A stretch of 64,000 nucleotides of DNA, taken from positions 2,185,988 through 2,249,987 of the forward strand of contig CAJFCJ010000005.1 of NCBI GenBank assembly GCA_904063045.1, in the 5' to 3' direction. The stretch is from Dimorphilus gyrociliatus (lineage: Eukaryota; Animalia; Annelida). This document shows positions 1 to 12,546 of this stretch, one piece after another. Position numbers and translations under genes: made by a program. Below the pieces are notes generated by a model. It did not search any database and was not told the origin of the DNA. It was given only the letters and a program-made list of their open reading frames with translations. Position 1 is the first letter of the stretch. The number at the start of each line of letters is the position of its first letter.

Positions 1-3000
1 ATTGTCATATTACACTGCCATATATATACGAAAAACTCTAATAATAACAGTTTTGTTCACTTTGTCTTTATAAATCGGCTGAGGGTTACATATAAATTAT
101 CACCAGATAGTGTTTCGTAGGGAACACAATGTAGAAAAAGTCGAATAAATAATGTAAATGCCGCTTTTTGTTAAAATGTGGCAGATGTAGAAAAAATACC
201 AAGTGGTGGAATTATTAGCTTTAACCTCCACCCGTCTCTCGATCTTTCAATATTAATACACTTGTATTAATATATTAAAACTTGAAAGTAATTTTTAGTA
301 TTACGTAAGACCGCATGCGTACGAAAAAACTGATTCAAACTTTAAAACTTACTAATTAACCTTGTACGGTGCATTGGGAAAACTGTAATTAACTTCTCGT
401 GTCACTAAAATTTAAGTTATATAATATAGCAATTAACTAAGTAGACCGCTACGGTTAGACGTCACAGTATCCCAAATTGAAGCCCAGCGCAGCCAGAGTT
501 TTTTTTCCAAGCTAAGTTATTTTCTAATGCCATATCTCAATCGACCCACTCTGTTTCGCTTCCTATAACAGCTCAAGAAACAATTTCCGATTATCCGCAA
601 CAGCTGGAAAATCACCAGGGTTAAACTGGTCACGTGGTTGAACAGCGTGTGACGTCATATTTAATTAGTCTCGGTAAATTAAGAATTTACGGATGGTCCA
701 ACCGTAAATAATTAAAAGGTGTTAATAGGTGGTGATAGGATGACGCTGCCTGTGGCTTAATTTATACTTTGTAAACGTTTGAAGACGCCGCCAGCTTTTC
801 ACCTTCGAAAGCATTTCACAGTGAGATAAACGCCGCCCGTGACACGAGTCTTATCGACCCTACTAGATAGATGAGCGGCTAATGAGAATGGAAGCGTCTA
901 GACAGCGGAAAATGGGTCAGCTTTGCTGTTTGATTACTACTTCGCTTTCAACTGTAAATGGACGAAAAACTGGAGGGCGTCTATAACACATTATTGGATT
1001 TCCTTTTTTCGGTTGTAAAAGAAAATTAACGAGCCATCCGTAAAAAGGAAAAAAAAGATAGATAGATAAAAAGAGAGCTACACAATGGTCTTCGAGCGAA
1101 AACTTTTAATGGTTGAATAACCAACGAATCGATTTCATTAATGACTATATTTAAATGTGTAGTTGGTTGAAAATTCAAATGCAGGTTATATGTTAGATAC
1201 GATTGACAAGTGAATGGACCTATTGTAACCAATGAGTCGTTACAAATTCGTGCTTAGAACTTGGTATAGGGGGGCAAAGGGCCTAGAAAATGGTTAATGA
1301 ACCAATATTTGCCTCAGTGCTTAACGTCTTTTTCGCGACCAAAATAAGAAGTTAAAAATAAAGCGAGCGAAGAAAGACGGAAGTTTATGAGAAACGTGTC
1401 TTGACACTTGGCAGATCTTCGCTGTACATACATTTCACCACAGATATTAAATTTCCTTTGGTTCTTTATTGAATGTATATATCTCGGACATCAATTGGCT
1501 TGACAGAGATACAAAAGAAGTGGTATGATTAAACAAACTCGTCATTGAAATCACCGCAGGTCGCATTTTAGAACTTACCTAAACAGTCATAAGAACGCAA
1601 ATATGCGGCGAAACAAGGATATACAGCTAGCTTAAGCTCCGTGAATGTTTAGATAGTTTTAGCTTATGTATATTGTTCTATTTAACTTTACTGGCTTAAG
1701 ATAACGGCTGTAAAGGTTCGAATGTTTTCGTCATTTCACAAAAACAACTACCTTATATAGAGACTAGCAGCGTGCAAGGGTGGTTAGGTACTAGGTGGTA
1801 ATTAAGTGGCTAATGAAATTACAATTAACTGATTAAAACCGACCTGCTATTTTCTGCTGCTAAAAACGACGTTCCTGACAACTGAACAAAGACGTCATAG
1901 TGTTCTTTTAGGAATTGCCTATTTCTACTGACGTTCTAGTTTTATTATTACTATTATAAATGGCTGTTTTTTTTGTACATTTTCCCTTCCTATCAAAGCG
2001 TTTCCTCTCCATTTTTGTCGAGAAAGAAAATATTAATTAGGTAACGCTTTTGTCAAAAACTCTATTGAAATACGGGGGTCAGTGTATATAACGCTTTGCA
2101 CCTGCTAAAATAGTCATTTTCACAGGTGAGCTACTTCGTTAAATGCCTACCAGTAATTACTTTGTACAGATCGTTTAAATAAGGAATAAATAATAATGAC
2201 CGGCTTGGCAACGAATACTCGAGCCGTCCTGCAAACAATGTCGTATATAGGATAGAGTTAGTTAGCACATGAGCTTAGTACTATCCGGGGATTTATATGA
2301 TACTGCAATTATTTGTTCTAATTATAGCTTCTATGCTTATACGCATGGTATACACAAACTAGTAGACGGTGAACTTCCGATCGATAAAGACGGTCGTAGA
2401 TGCTTAATAAGGGCTATTTAAGTCTTGTCCCCTCTCATTTATTTGATCGGTTTTAGGGTGAGGAAGCCTTGGATATACGGGTGTTGTTCATATATATGAT
2501 TTGTAAACTAAAATATCCGTTTGCACTCGCCACAGTATCAACTAGTTTTTTTTTCTTTTAATACACTCAACGAAAGGAATGTTTATGTTATTTATCACAT
2601 TTCTTCGACCGTGGTAAGACGAATAGGGAGTAATTTCAATCGCAAATAAAAATTGGAGAAGACTATAGGCCTGAATGGAAGATTTAATGCCGGCTCTCCT
2701 TTCTCTAATGCTTTATTCTATTCATTTTACTGATTCCGTCTTAGTGTTTTGAGTGTTTATTTAACGCTTAGACGCCCGTGTTAACGAATTAGGGTGCCTT
2801 GTTTCCTTTACTCGCACTATCTTATCAATGGGGAGAAATCACCGATTTATTTAATCGAACTGTTGACATAATAAACAATAATGACGCCGCCACTGCCGAT
2901 TGTAAATAACTTTAGAAGACTTTTTATGTGTTCTTTTTTGAATATGCCTTTTTATTTTTAATCAATTCATCTTTATAACCGTGCCTTATCTTAACGTCAA

Positions 3001-4045
3001 ATGTTTATTCTTTCATCGTTAATAATATTTAAAAGAAAGAAAATTATCTCTTCCGATTCAACATAGTCTGTGTGTATAGTAAAACCTTTATCTTCCCATA
3101 AATGGATACTTCATTTATTTATAAGAGTCTGGATGTGAGATTGATTACAGTCTGGGCTATTGTTTGCCTATATTTTTTTCTCGTAATCAATAAATGTTAT
3201 GTTTTTTTTAGTTGGTTTAATCGTCGTATAGGGGAAAAAAAAGACGGGTGGGAGGGGATAAAGCTTTTTAGATTTTAATCACTCTCTCTTTCTTCCGTGT
3301 ATAAAAACGAATTGCAATATCCGCTATCGTTTAGCGATTACCATATTACAATACACTTGGCCGAATCCTTGACTTTGCTCCCCTTTCTCGCGTCGACGGT
3401 TCTAGTAATTATAAAGCAGCGTCGAACGCCTGCAGTTTGTCAATAGCATGGAATGCGTAGCGTCCCTTTTCTCTAAATGTCAAACGGAGGAAAAGTAGAG
3501 GTCAATCATTGGTCATTCGCAGTGATAAAAATCTTTTAGCACAAGCGAAACAGACGTCGGAAGCAAAATGATTGCGTCCCTCAACCGTCTAATGGTTGTT
3601 TGCTAACGCCTTCCAGATAAATATAATGTTTGTTTAATTCGATCTACCGTGTTATTGTTTTATTATTTTTTTTTAGCGAAATATGCTGGGAATTCATATG
3701 CGAATTTTACCCATACGACCTCTTGCTCCCCTACACAGCCATTCAACCCAGTCTTATCTTTACATCGCCAATTGAAAACTATTTTCAATTGAGTATAGAT
3801 TTCTATTTGCGCGCGTATGGTTGTTATTTCTATTCGCATAGCCGTACCTCTTTTTCCGAAAATATATACTACTTATAAAGGACTGTCACTAGTATTAATA
3901 CCGATTTAGATAAGATTTAGATAAACTCCATGTGGCATTTTAAACCCTTGACGATAGAAGGTCAGCGTCTGCAAGCAATCTAGACTTGCCCATTTCAACA
4001 TGACATCTTTATACATTTGTTTTCTAAATATGACTTTTTTTGCAG

Positions 4046-7000
4046 ACAAAATATTTAGTGTCCAAGTTCCATCAACCTATAAAGTTCTGACTGGAAGGTT
4101 ACAAGTTGACCTTTTGGTACCTGTAGTAAATTACAACGTAACTCTACGGATATCTAGGAGGAATACCAAATGGAAGGACATGGTTGTAAGACAACATTTT
4201 TCCAAATACTTAATACATTTGGAATGTGGATTTATCGACGTACCTGATTTATACACTTTTTCCCTCATAAATAAACAACAAAAAATTCTGGCGTCATCTA
4301 CAACCAATGCAACTTGGCCAGATGTTAGAATAGAAGCCAAGGAACATTTTACGCTCTTTGAATCTGAATTTACTATTAGGGTGAAGTCTAACATTGGGAA
4401 ATATGGATGCACTGGAATAACTTCACATAACTCCTTCACCATTAACTATATACATTATTCTACCAAACAGGATCTAATCAACAATATTAATGGTAGAATA
4501 ATTCATAAATTACGGTCGTACAATTTGTACAATTCTCTGAACGCTATATGTAAACTTGGATGCCATGTAATAGACACAAGCGGATTCTATAGAGTGACAA
4601 TGACGGCTAACACCTCTAGCATTTTAATAAGTTCATCGAAACCAATTAAAGCTGATTTTCCTGATATAAACTTTCGTCTGCTACCTTCCGAAGTCTTTCC
4701 TTGTAGTGGATTCATTAACCTAGTATATAGTCGTCAGGGATGTAATCAAGCTCACCAATCGGACACTATTAGAATGTTCAGAATACCCAGAACCAAGTTT
4801 GCAGTAATGAGTGATATGAGAAAGACGGCGGAAAAAAGCGTTAGTGGAAAGGATAAAGTATCTTTCGAATGCAACTTATTCAACGAAAAGCATGATCTCG
4901 GCTATTGCTTTCATTACGTTTCGCAAAGTGAAGTCTTAGGGATAGTTAAAATTGTCAAAGAGATATGTATCCCTTCCGATTCGAATTCTGGTAAGTTCCT
5001 TCTCAAATCCTAATTAATTTGCACTTGATATACTCGCTCAGCGTCCGGGAGCGCTCGGTCGTCCCTCGTTAACTTGATTGATGACCGACTAACACGTATT
5101 ATGTACATAGACTAATAGGTTGTTGCTATTTTTTTTATATTTTAGTTTTGCGAAACTCTTTTACCTGTTCGGACCTTTTTTATTATTCATAAACTTTTTG
5201 TATAGGCATTATTCGACGCGCTTTTTGGTCATCATACGTCAGTGAATAATTGAGTATTTTTTTCTCCATATGTAAATGTCTCAGTTATTGTATTGGGAGA
5301 ACATTCTGAAAACCGCTCAAGTCCACTAATAGCTGCTATAGTCACGTTTTCTTCCTTTTCTTTTTCCGCATCTAGGATGCTCTATTCCGGCTCTTTTTCC
5401 ACGCTAATGCGTCACAAATTCCCTCGGATAGTCCAGTCTGATGGTATATTTGTTTAGTGTTTCTAGGTTTCATCCAATAGGTGTTTATTAGACGATTAAG
5501 AAGAATAAAAAGTAGGCGTTGGAATTTTATGGAGTCTGGTGTACAGAGTGCATGCGCTGACAATAAAAGATTTATTGTCCTCCCCAACCTTTTATGTTTA
5601 TGACCGTTTGTTTATCGATTTCTCTTCAGTTTTTTCTCCTATAACGTAGACTTTCCGAATAATTTAGTAGGATAAACAGCTGGAAATAGCCTGTTCGCAC
5701 AGCTTTTACGCTTGATTAGTTTATACTTGAAAAGACTCGCTGTATTTTCAATTAACACCTCTTCAGATCGTGTATCGATTAGTACTATTGATTTGAAATC
5801 GGACAATCTGATCCCTTGTCCATCTCAAGAGCAGCTGTACTGATGTAGTACTACGCTTGCCAGTTAATTTAAGAATTCGTTAACAATGGTTTATTCGATT
5901 AAAACTACAAAGCGATCAACTAACTAGACAAACAAACGCGAACTTCAGCATTAGGCGTCACGTACGATGGAATATCATTTACAAGTTCTTCAACGCCCCC
6001 TGGGGTCAAAAGGGTAATTTTTGTTGACGTCGTCTTTTTTTTACTCGTCAAAGGGGATTGAACAACGCTCATTTAGTATGTTATTTGCTGTGTGCGTGAT
6101 TTCCTTTGAAGCGTTCCGTCTGTCGATCGGCGTTTCTTGTTTTTTTATGCGGGTATGTTTGCGTTAGTCAGCCCGTGAGTAATTCGCGAGTATTTTTTTC
6201 CTAGACGCTCGCAGTCGTTAGGCCTATATTGAGTCCCCCCGTTTTCCTCACGGGATTACGGGATTGAGGGCGTAATCTAAACTTGGCGTGACATCGGAAG
6301 ACGCCGGAGCTGTAAAAAAAAGAGGAAGGAAAGAAAAAAATATTACAAGTCATGGAATATACTGAAAATTTTAATTATCGTTTGAAATCCTGTTAGAATC
6401 CCAGTTGGGAGACATGGTTAGGCTTTATACTTTACTAATTGTCACGAAAAGATACTCAACGGGTGGTCTCACAAACGTGTACGTTAGAGAGGCGGTGTTA
6501 TGTAACAACTTTGATGTTTTGAGAGATTTCAATGACCAAATGCTGAGTTTGAGTATGCGCTAATGAACGCTTGACATATGTCATAGGACCTTTGGGACTT
6601 TCAATATGGTCGGATATTCCTATTGTTAAAATAAAACCATAGTTTCCTTAGGTACAATGTTTCTTTCCTTCAAGGCATGTTCCAATTGACGACAATTGAC
6701 AATCATATTTAGTAGGCGTGTACTCGATTTTCACCTTTACCAACCGAGAACTACTTTCACTATTCTCCCACCCCCTAATCTTCGGCACGGAATGTATTAA
6801 CGGTTTTTCTTTTTCGTCCACTCCTTTAGAATTGATTAGGGACGGAAATTGGAACACTTGGGGTCCATGGTCCCAATGCAGTCGAACTTGTGGATTTGGA
6901 GAACAAGTGCGATACAGAGAGTGTGATAATCCTAAACCGGCCTTCACTGGAAAATACTGCAAGGGCAGAAACGAAGAAAAATTAGCCTGTGGTGGTAAAC

Positions 7001-8790
7001 CGTGCGAAAGTAAGCATCTTTATAAGGCAGCTCTTTTCCCTAAATTAATTATTAACAATTTTCTTTCAAATAACAAAGAGACTCGCACTACTCCGAATGC
7101 CTTCGCTCTTTACACCCAAGATCCCCGTTGCAATTGCGGATGCGAAATTACGTCTCCGAATGGTGTAATACAAACATCAACTTCGTGTGACAAAAGAGTA
7201 TCTCAATGGATTCTTATCGCAGATAGGAATCAAGTTATCCACTTGATAATGTACTTATCCAGTGGAAACAATGGGAAAAGTCGGAGTTTAATTAGAGTAA
7301 GAGACGGTAGACGATCAGAAGACGATTTATTATTGGACTCAAGCGGCTACGATATTCCTAAAGAAGGAATTCCTAAAGTTGTTACCAGCAGTGGCAATAG
7401 CATGCTTATAGAAATTATATTGCCTTTATCAAATAACGTTGAAAATGAGGGTTTTATCGCGCACTACTCAATGAAAAGTAAGTTCTATTTTTTACTTTGT
7501 AATATAGCCTCTAAGAAAAAACTCATACCCCTAATTTATGGTATTTACTATAATTTTCCCTTTTCTTTATACTCAGAGAAAAATACAACAGCACCCAATA
7601 ATGATGACAACAACAATCACGTAGATAATTCTCAATGGCGAAACGCCGTAGCTATAGTTGCTATATCATTATGCATCGTAATTATCGTCATCATTATAGC
7701 GACTGCTTTTCACGTTCGATTAAGGACAAAACACAAAAAGGAATTGAGAAAAAACCCTCTTTTGGTAAATGGAGAGATACCGACGCCTAGCCAGTCGAGC
7801 GCCTCGAGCGCAGGTGCTACCCCAGCCACTCTGTCGCCAGTGAAGACTACCACTTCGCAAGGAGTGTCAGCCGGTGGTGGTGGTGGCGGTGGCTGCGAGG
7901 CGGGAAACGCAGAGAAAAGAGCCTCGTCTATGGGAGCGGGAGTAAAGGGGGCGCCTGTCGTCGGTAAACACGATGAACCCGTAAGAGGGCGTGCTTATCA
8001 TAGGAAAAGTAGTGGGATGTCGCCATCTGGGCCTTGCCCTGTGCATAATTCTCCTTATCAAATTCAACAAGAGGAATTCTTACACCATTTCGAAAAGAAG
8101 CTCCATTCAGATAAACGTCAAAAGAAGAAAGATAAGCGGAAACATCGGTCCGGTACAATTAATGAAATTTACATTGACACGCCGGAAATGAAGAAGACAG
8201 CTCGCCCGTACGTTCCTAGTCATTTACCCCCACTAGCACTGCAAGAAGATCTTTCCCCCTCTACTGCCGTATCGCCATCCATCGAGTGTATTCCAATGCA
8301 AGATTATCGTAAAAAACGACCACCAGCAATTGGCCGAGATGGGTCGAAGACTGAAGATAGCGACTTTCAGAATGCGAACGTCTCCACAGACTGTTCAAAT
8401 GTCTCGACGGATGGTAGTTGTAAACCTTCCGTAAGACCATTACCAATTCGGAGTGTATCACGTCCTGATGGTCAGAGTCCAGAAAATAGAATGGAAGGCG
8501 ATCAAAACGCAAACACTCCTAACGGCTTAACACAGTTATCACCAGTCCTACAAAAATCAAAATTATTTCCGAGCGTTCCAACGACACCTGGAAGTCGTCG
8601 TACGACTCCCAGTGCTGATTACGAATATGACGATTACGTACCTCAAGTACCAAATAGTTATTTAGAGATGAATCATGGACACTACACACTTTCTTGGTCC
8701 AAACCTCCTAAATGGGCAAAACCTCCACTTTCCGAAGGAACCAGTGAAACTAGTCTACCGATAAACGGAGTAGGTGAAACTAATGCCTGA
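4046..8790 (+). CDS. gogo: Golden goal (Gogo)/THSD1-like single-pass receptor: GOGO domain + TSP1 + CUB + TM + long cytoplasmic tail; the signal-peptide exon lies upstream and was not located
   Basis: Exons 4046-4990, 6830-7009, 7079-7477 and 7577-8790 join with all phase-1 GT-AG junctions in frame. Exon 4046-4990 has THSD1/GOGO-like Cys motifs (LECGFI, ATWPDV, FECNLF...YCFHY). TSP1 motif WNTWGPWSQCSRTCGFGEQVRYREC. CUB region CGCEITSPNGVI...GFIAHY. TM AVAIVAISLCIVIIVIIIATAF. Tail contains DYEYDDY. Confidence 0.8.
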
Positions 8791-10143
8791 ATTAAAAAGT
8801 CTGATTTCGTTCACTTTAAGTTTTTTTGGCTGCCTTATTCCGCTTTATCGTGAGAAATTAACCCGTTTATTTTCTTTATAAAAAAAATATGTGCTTAATT
8901 TGACAGTTTATTCTGCCTTGTTTTTTTTTTATTTATTGTTTTTCTTTCATCGTTAATGTAACCTGTAAAAAATTTGTTATCTTTCAAGCAAATGAAGAAA
9001 AAGATTGTAAAGTGAGATACGAAGATAGAAAACGGAAGAAAAAAAACATAAGGAAAAAAAGTGAGAATAGATAGAATAAAATAAATTATTTATGCTTTGT
9101 AGTAAGCTATTAAAGTAGCCAAACACTACAAAATATCTACTACAATTGCTACCGCTACATTTCATAAATAAAGCAAGAAAAAAATGAAAAAAAAGAATTT
9201 CAGCTTCAGAGCACAAGAGACTTTTTTTTCTAATTCACAAAAGAAAACTTTCTATCTATACTACATGTTAAAACATTATATATATATATATATATATATA
9301 TGCTGTATATACATATACTATTTTTCTTTTGCCGCAAAGTGTTCGCTATAGAAAATTGAAAAAAAATAATCTATATTTTTTTTACTGTTCTTTTTTTCTT
9401 CTTTGATGATAAAAGTGATGATTGAAAAAAAAAAGAAAGAAAACTAGAAAACAAAACAAAGAAAAGAAAATTCATAATTTATTCAATTATTATTTTTAGA
9501 AGAAAAAGAAAATAAAAACTCCACTCTATTATTATTCTTATCGTTATTATACATACAAAAACTTACACGTCATACATATATATATTACACAATCTTACGT
9601 AACATACAATGAAATGACATAATACTATATTGCTGCTGTTATTTAAAATCTTTGCTCCTGGAAAAATTTCCTCCTTGCTTTTTTTTTTATTTTTTTTTCA
9701 TAATTTTCGTTCTAGACATGAGACAAATGTAATCTTTGGTTAGTTAATGGACGTAATGTTTTCATACTAGTTGTTTTAAATCGTTCTGACTAGTAAGAGA
9801 GGACGTTTTAAGTGAACTGACACAAAAACAAATGAAAAAGAAAACTACCAAATATGTCATATACTGTTTGCACGCATAGTATATATATTCCATTTTTAGG
9901 GAATATAGAGACAGAAACACAAAGAAGAGAGAGACAAAAATCATTTACAAGCTTCTAGTTAAAATACGCGAAATGATTCAAAGTAGAGGGAAGATGTATC
10001 ATTGAGAGTTTTAGCGAAGAGAAGTGATGTAGTTAATTAATTATAAGTTAATAAAAAATTAAACAAACAAATATAACTTTTAACAAGAAACAATTTAAAG
10101 TATACGAATTTTTTTTTATTGTTGGCTTTCTATCTTCCACCTC

Positions 10144-11049
10144 TCAGTTATCATTAAGCGTAGTAGGCTTAATATCAATTGGTTTCATAGCATGATTAAA
10201 AGGGGAAGGGTCAACCTCCTCGTGGATTGAAGAGTTTAGAGGTGTATAAGGCTCTAATTTAACTGACGCGTAATGATGGGCTGGTATTTGATGTTGGTAT
10301 GAGCCCATAGATGGCGTTGTTAGACCATGCATTGGATGGTGATAGTATGAACCATATCCTTGGGATGTTGCAATTGGACTATTGGATCTCGAAGAACTAT
10401 CTGTTTGATTCTTACCACCTTTTGCGTCCTTTTTCAGTTTAGCTCTCCTATTCTTAAACCAAACTCGAACGACTTCCTCCTTAAGACCTAATTGGGTAGC
10501 TATCTCCTCACGTTGATAGAAATCGGGATACTTTTGTTCACCGAACATAGTTTCTAGACTTTCCAATTGCTGCTTTGTGAATGAAGTTCTATTTCTACGA
10601 GCTCTTCTCGTTGGTCTCTCTCCATTCTCATCGGGACTCTCTTCCTCTTCGCCTCTAGGCGATTTCTTATCAGTTGAAAATGTATTCAATACTTTACGGC
10701 TACTGCATTCAGTTCCGTTAAAAGACGCCTCATACGAGGGCGTTTGTCCGACATAGGCGCAACCTGTGTAATACGACGATCTAGACGTAGCGTAATCGTT
10801 TGGATAGGAAGGTCTACTTCCGTTTGTAGAGTATGTATTAAAACTCGAATAGTGAGCAACATCCCAATCCTTTTTCGCTAATGGCGGAGAGAATACATCG
10901 GCAGGATAATAACTCGCGGAATAGTCGGGTGAGAGATAGGAATCAATTCTTGGCGAAGGAAAAATTCCATTGTGAGGAAATTCCGAAAAGTTGTGTGCAG
11001 AGGTCATAGCTAAGGAGGATTCAGATTGAGTTGTCCTTTGTAGGTTCAT
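10144..11049 (-). CDS. Paired (PRD)-class K50 homeobox transcription factor, family not assignable; single coding exon
   Basis: Homeodomain [54 protein letters not shown] with Lys at position 50. ATG at 11049. Probable 5'UTR intron about 11089-11232 (minus-strand donor aag|gtaagc, acceptor tttgtttacag). Confidence 0.9.
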   Translation of the reverse strand: MNLQRTTQSESSLAMTSAHNFSEFPHNGIFPSPRIDSYLSPDYSASYYPADVFSPPLAKKDWDVAHYSSFNTYSTNGSRPSYPNDYATSRSSYYTGCAYVGQTPSYEASFNGTECSSRKVLNTFSTDKKSPRGEEEESPDENGERPTRRARRNRTSFTKQQLESLETMFGEQKYPDFYQREEIATQLGLKEEVVRVWFKNRRAKLKKDAKGGKNQTDSSSRSNSPIATSQGYGSYYHHPMHGLTTPSMGSYQHQIPAHHYASVKLEPYTPLNSSIHEEVDPSPFNHAMKPIDIKPTTLNDN

Positions 11050-12413
11050 CAATTCGGGTGCGGTAGCCGGATCTAATGTGGCTATACTCTGTAAACAAAG
11101 AAAAGAAAAAAGATCAAGAGCGGCAAATATATTTACTCCTTCTTTATTCTAATAAATAGCCAGAATATTTAGCGAACTATACACTTCATTAAACCAATAA
11201 GAGTCTATATCATTCGATGGCTGAAAGCTTACCTTTGTTGTGGCTTTCAAACGCCGCAATCTTGTTTAGACACGCTACCGAATTATTGCCGAATTAAAGA
11301 AAACTCTATATACAGTATATAAAAACTTTTGTACAATAAGGTTAAAACAAGAAGACGTTGACGGAGAAATGAGAGAAGAAAAAGAAGAAAAACAACAACA
11401 AGAACAAGAATAAACGTAAAACATTAAACAGAAAAGAAAACAAATACAGACGAAAACAATTTCAATCACTACCCAAACAACAAATGGCGTATTTAAATCT
11501 CTCTAGTGTAGATATTCTAGACACACCCCTAACGGATGGAAAGAGGGGATTGAATGAAAAAGAGAAATCCTCTAGTTGACAACCCCTATTGATAGTCTCT
11601 TTTTGTTCTTACTTTGACGCCAATTACCAAAGGGATTTTACGTTTAGTATACAATTAACTACTTATTTATTTGCAATATTATGTAAAAACAAAAAATACG
11701 GAAATAAAAGGACAGCATTATTCCCATTTAATATAAAAAAAAGTAATAGTAATAAGTCTATAAAGTGTCAATATATGACTTACTTAGGAAGCTTACGTCT
11801 AACGTAAACAAACATTTTGAGCGAAAGGACGGATTATTGTCAAGTGCTTTATGTGGATTGGTGATGATCTTCGTATTGTCACCTTATTACTAAAAGCTTA
11901 GTATTATCTATATAAGAGCTGGCTTAAATATTTAGTTAACACGTTTATGTTTTCATAATATGATTGTAAATATTAGGAATTGAAGAAAATCTTACAAAGA
12001 AAAAACACTTCCAATATATCACAAAGCGGCATAAACGTTCTTCCTTCGTCTCTAATAACAACAACTATATACCAGACATACTTAATGTCTCGCCTTATTA
12101 TATACAGTATATAGTTTATATACAGTATTACAGTCTTTGTTTACTTGTAAAGGTAGTAAAGTAATATTCAATAAAACTATATATCTTATATAGCTATACA
12201 AATCTTAATAATGGAAATAGACCATTTTTTGTCTTTTTTTCTTAAACAAACAAATACAAACCTGAGAAAATAGTGTACTTGACGATGATAGATTTGCAGC
12301 CATATCTTCTTTTATCGGAGATGAAGATGGGGAGGTAAGTTTCGACTTATCCATTCCTTCTTCAACAGACATTTTCTATTGGTTTTTTCAATAAAGAATT
12401 AATTTAAACCATG

Positions 12414-12444
<31 letters not shown>

Positions 12445-12546
12445 CACATACATATATCATTTATGTTATACATTTGTATATATATATAGTTATATATATA
12501 TATATATATATACATATACATAAGCATATATATATATATATATATC
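12414..12546. repeat. Interrupted (TA)n microsatellite
   Basis: Several runs of tatata visible directly. Similar tracts at about 9288-9302, 23555-23653, 24455-24500, 30873-30928 and 36436-36470. Confidence 0.9.

Noticed and set aside
1714-1730. ggttcgaat, resembling a tRNA T-loop/B-box
   Set aside because: No cloverleaf stems or A-box around it.
7867-8512. Short ORFs on both strands within the gogo-like last exon
   Set aside because: Shadow ORFs of a GC-richer coding exon with no recognisable motifs.
9733-9750. tctttggtta, resembling the miR-9 5' end
   Set aside because: The match stops after 10 nt and no hairpin partner is visible.
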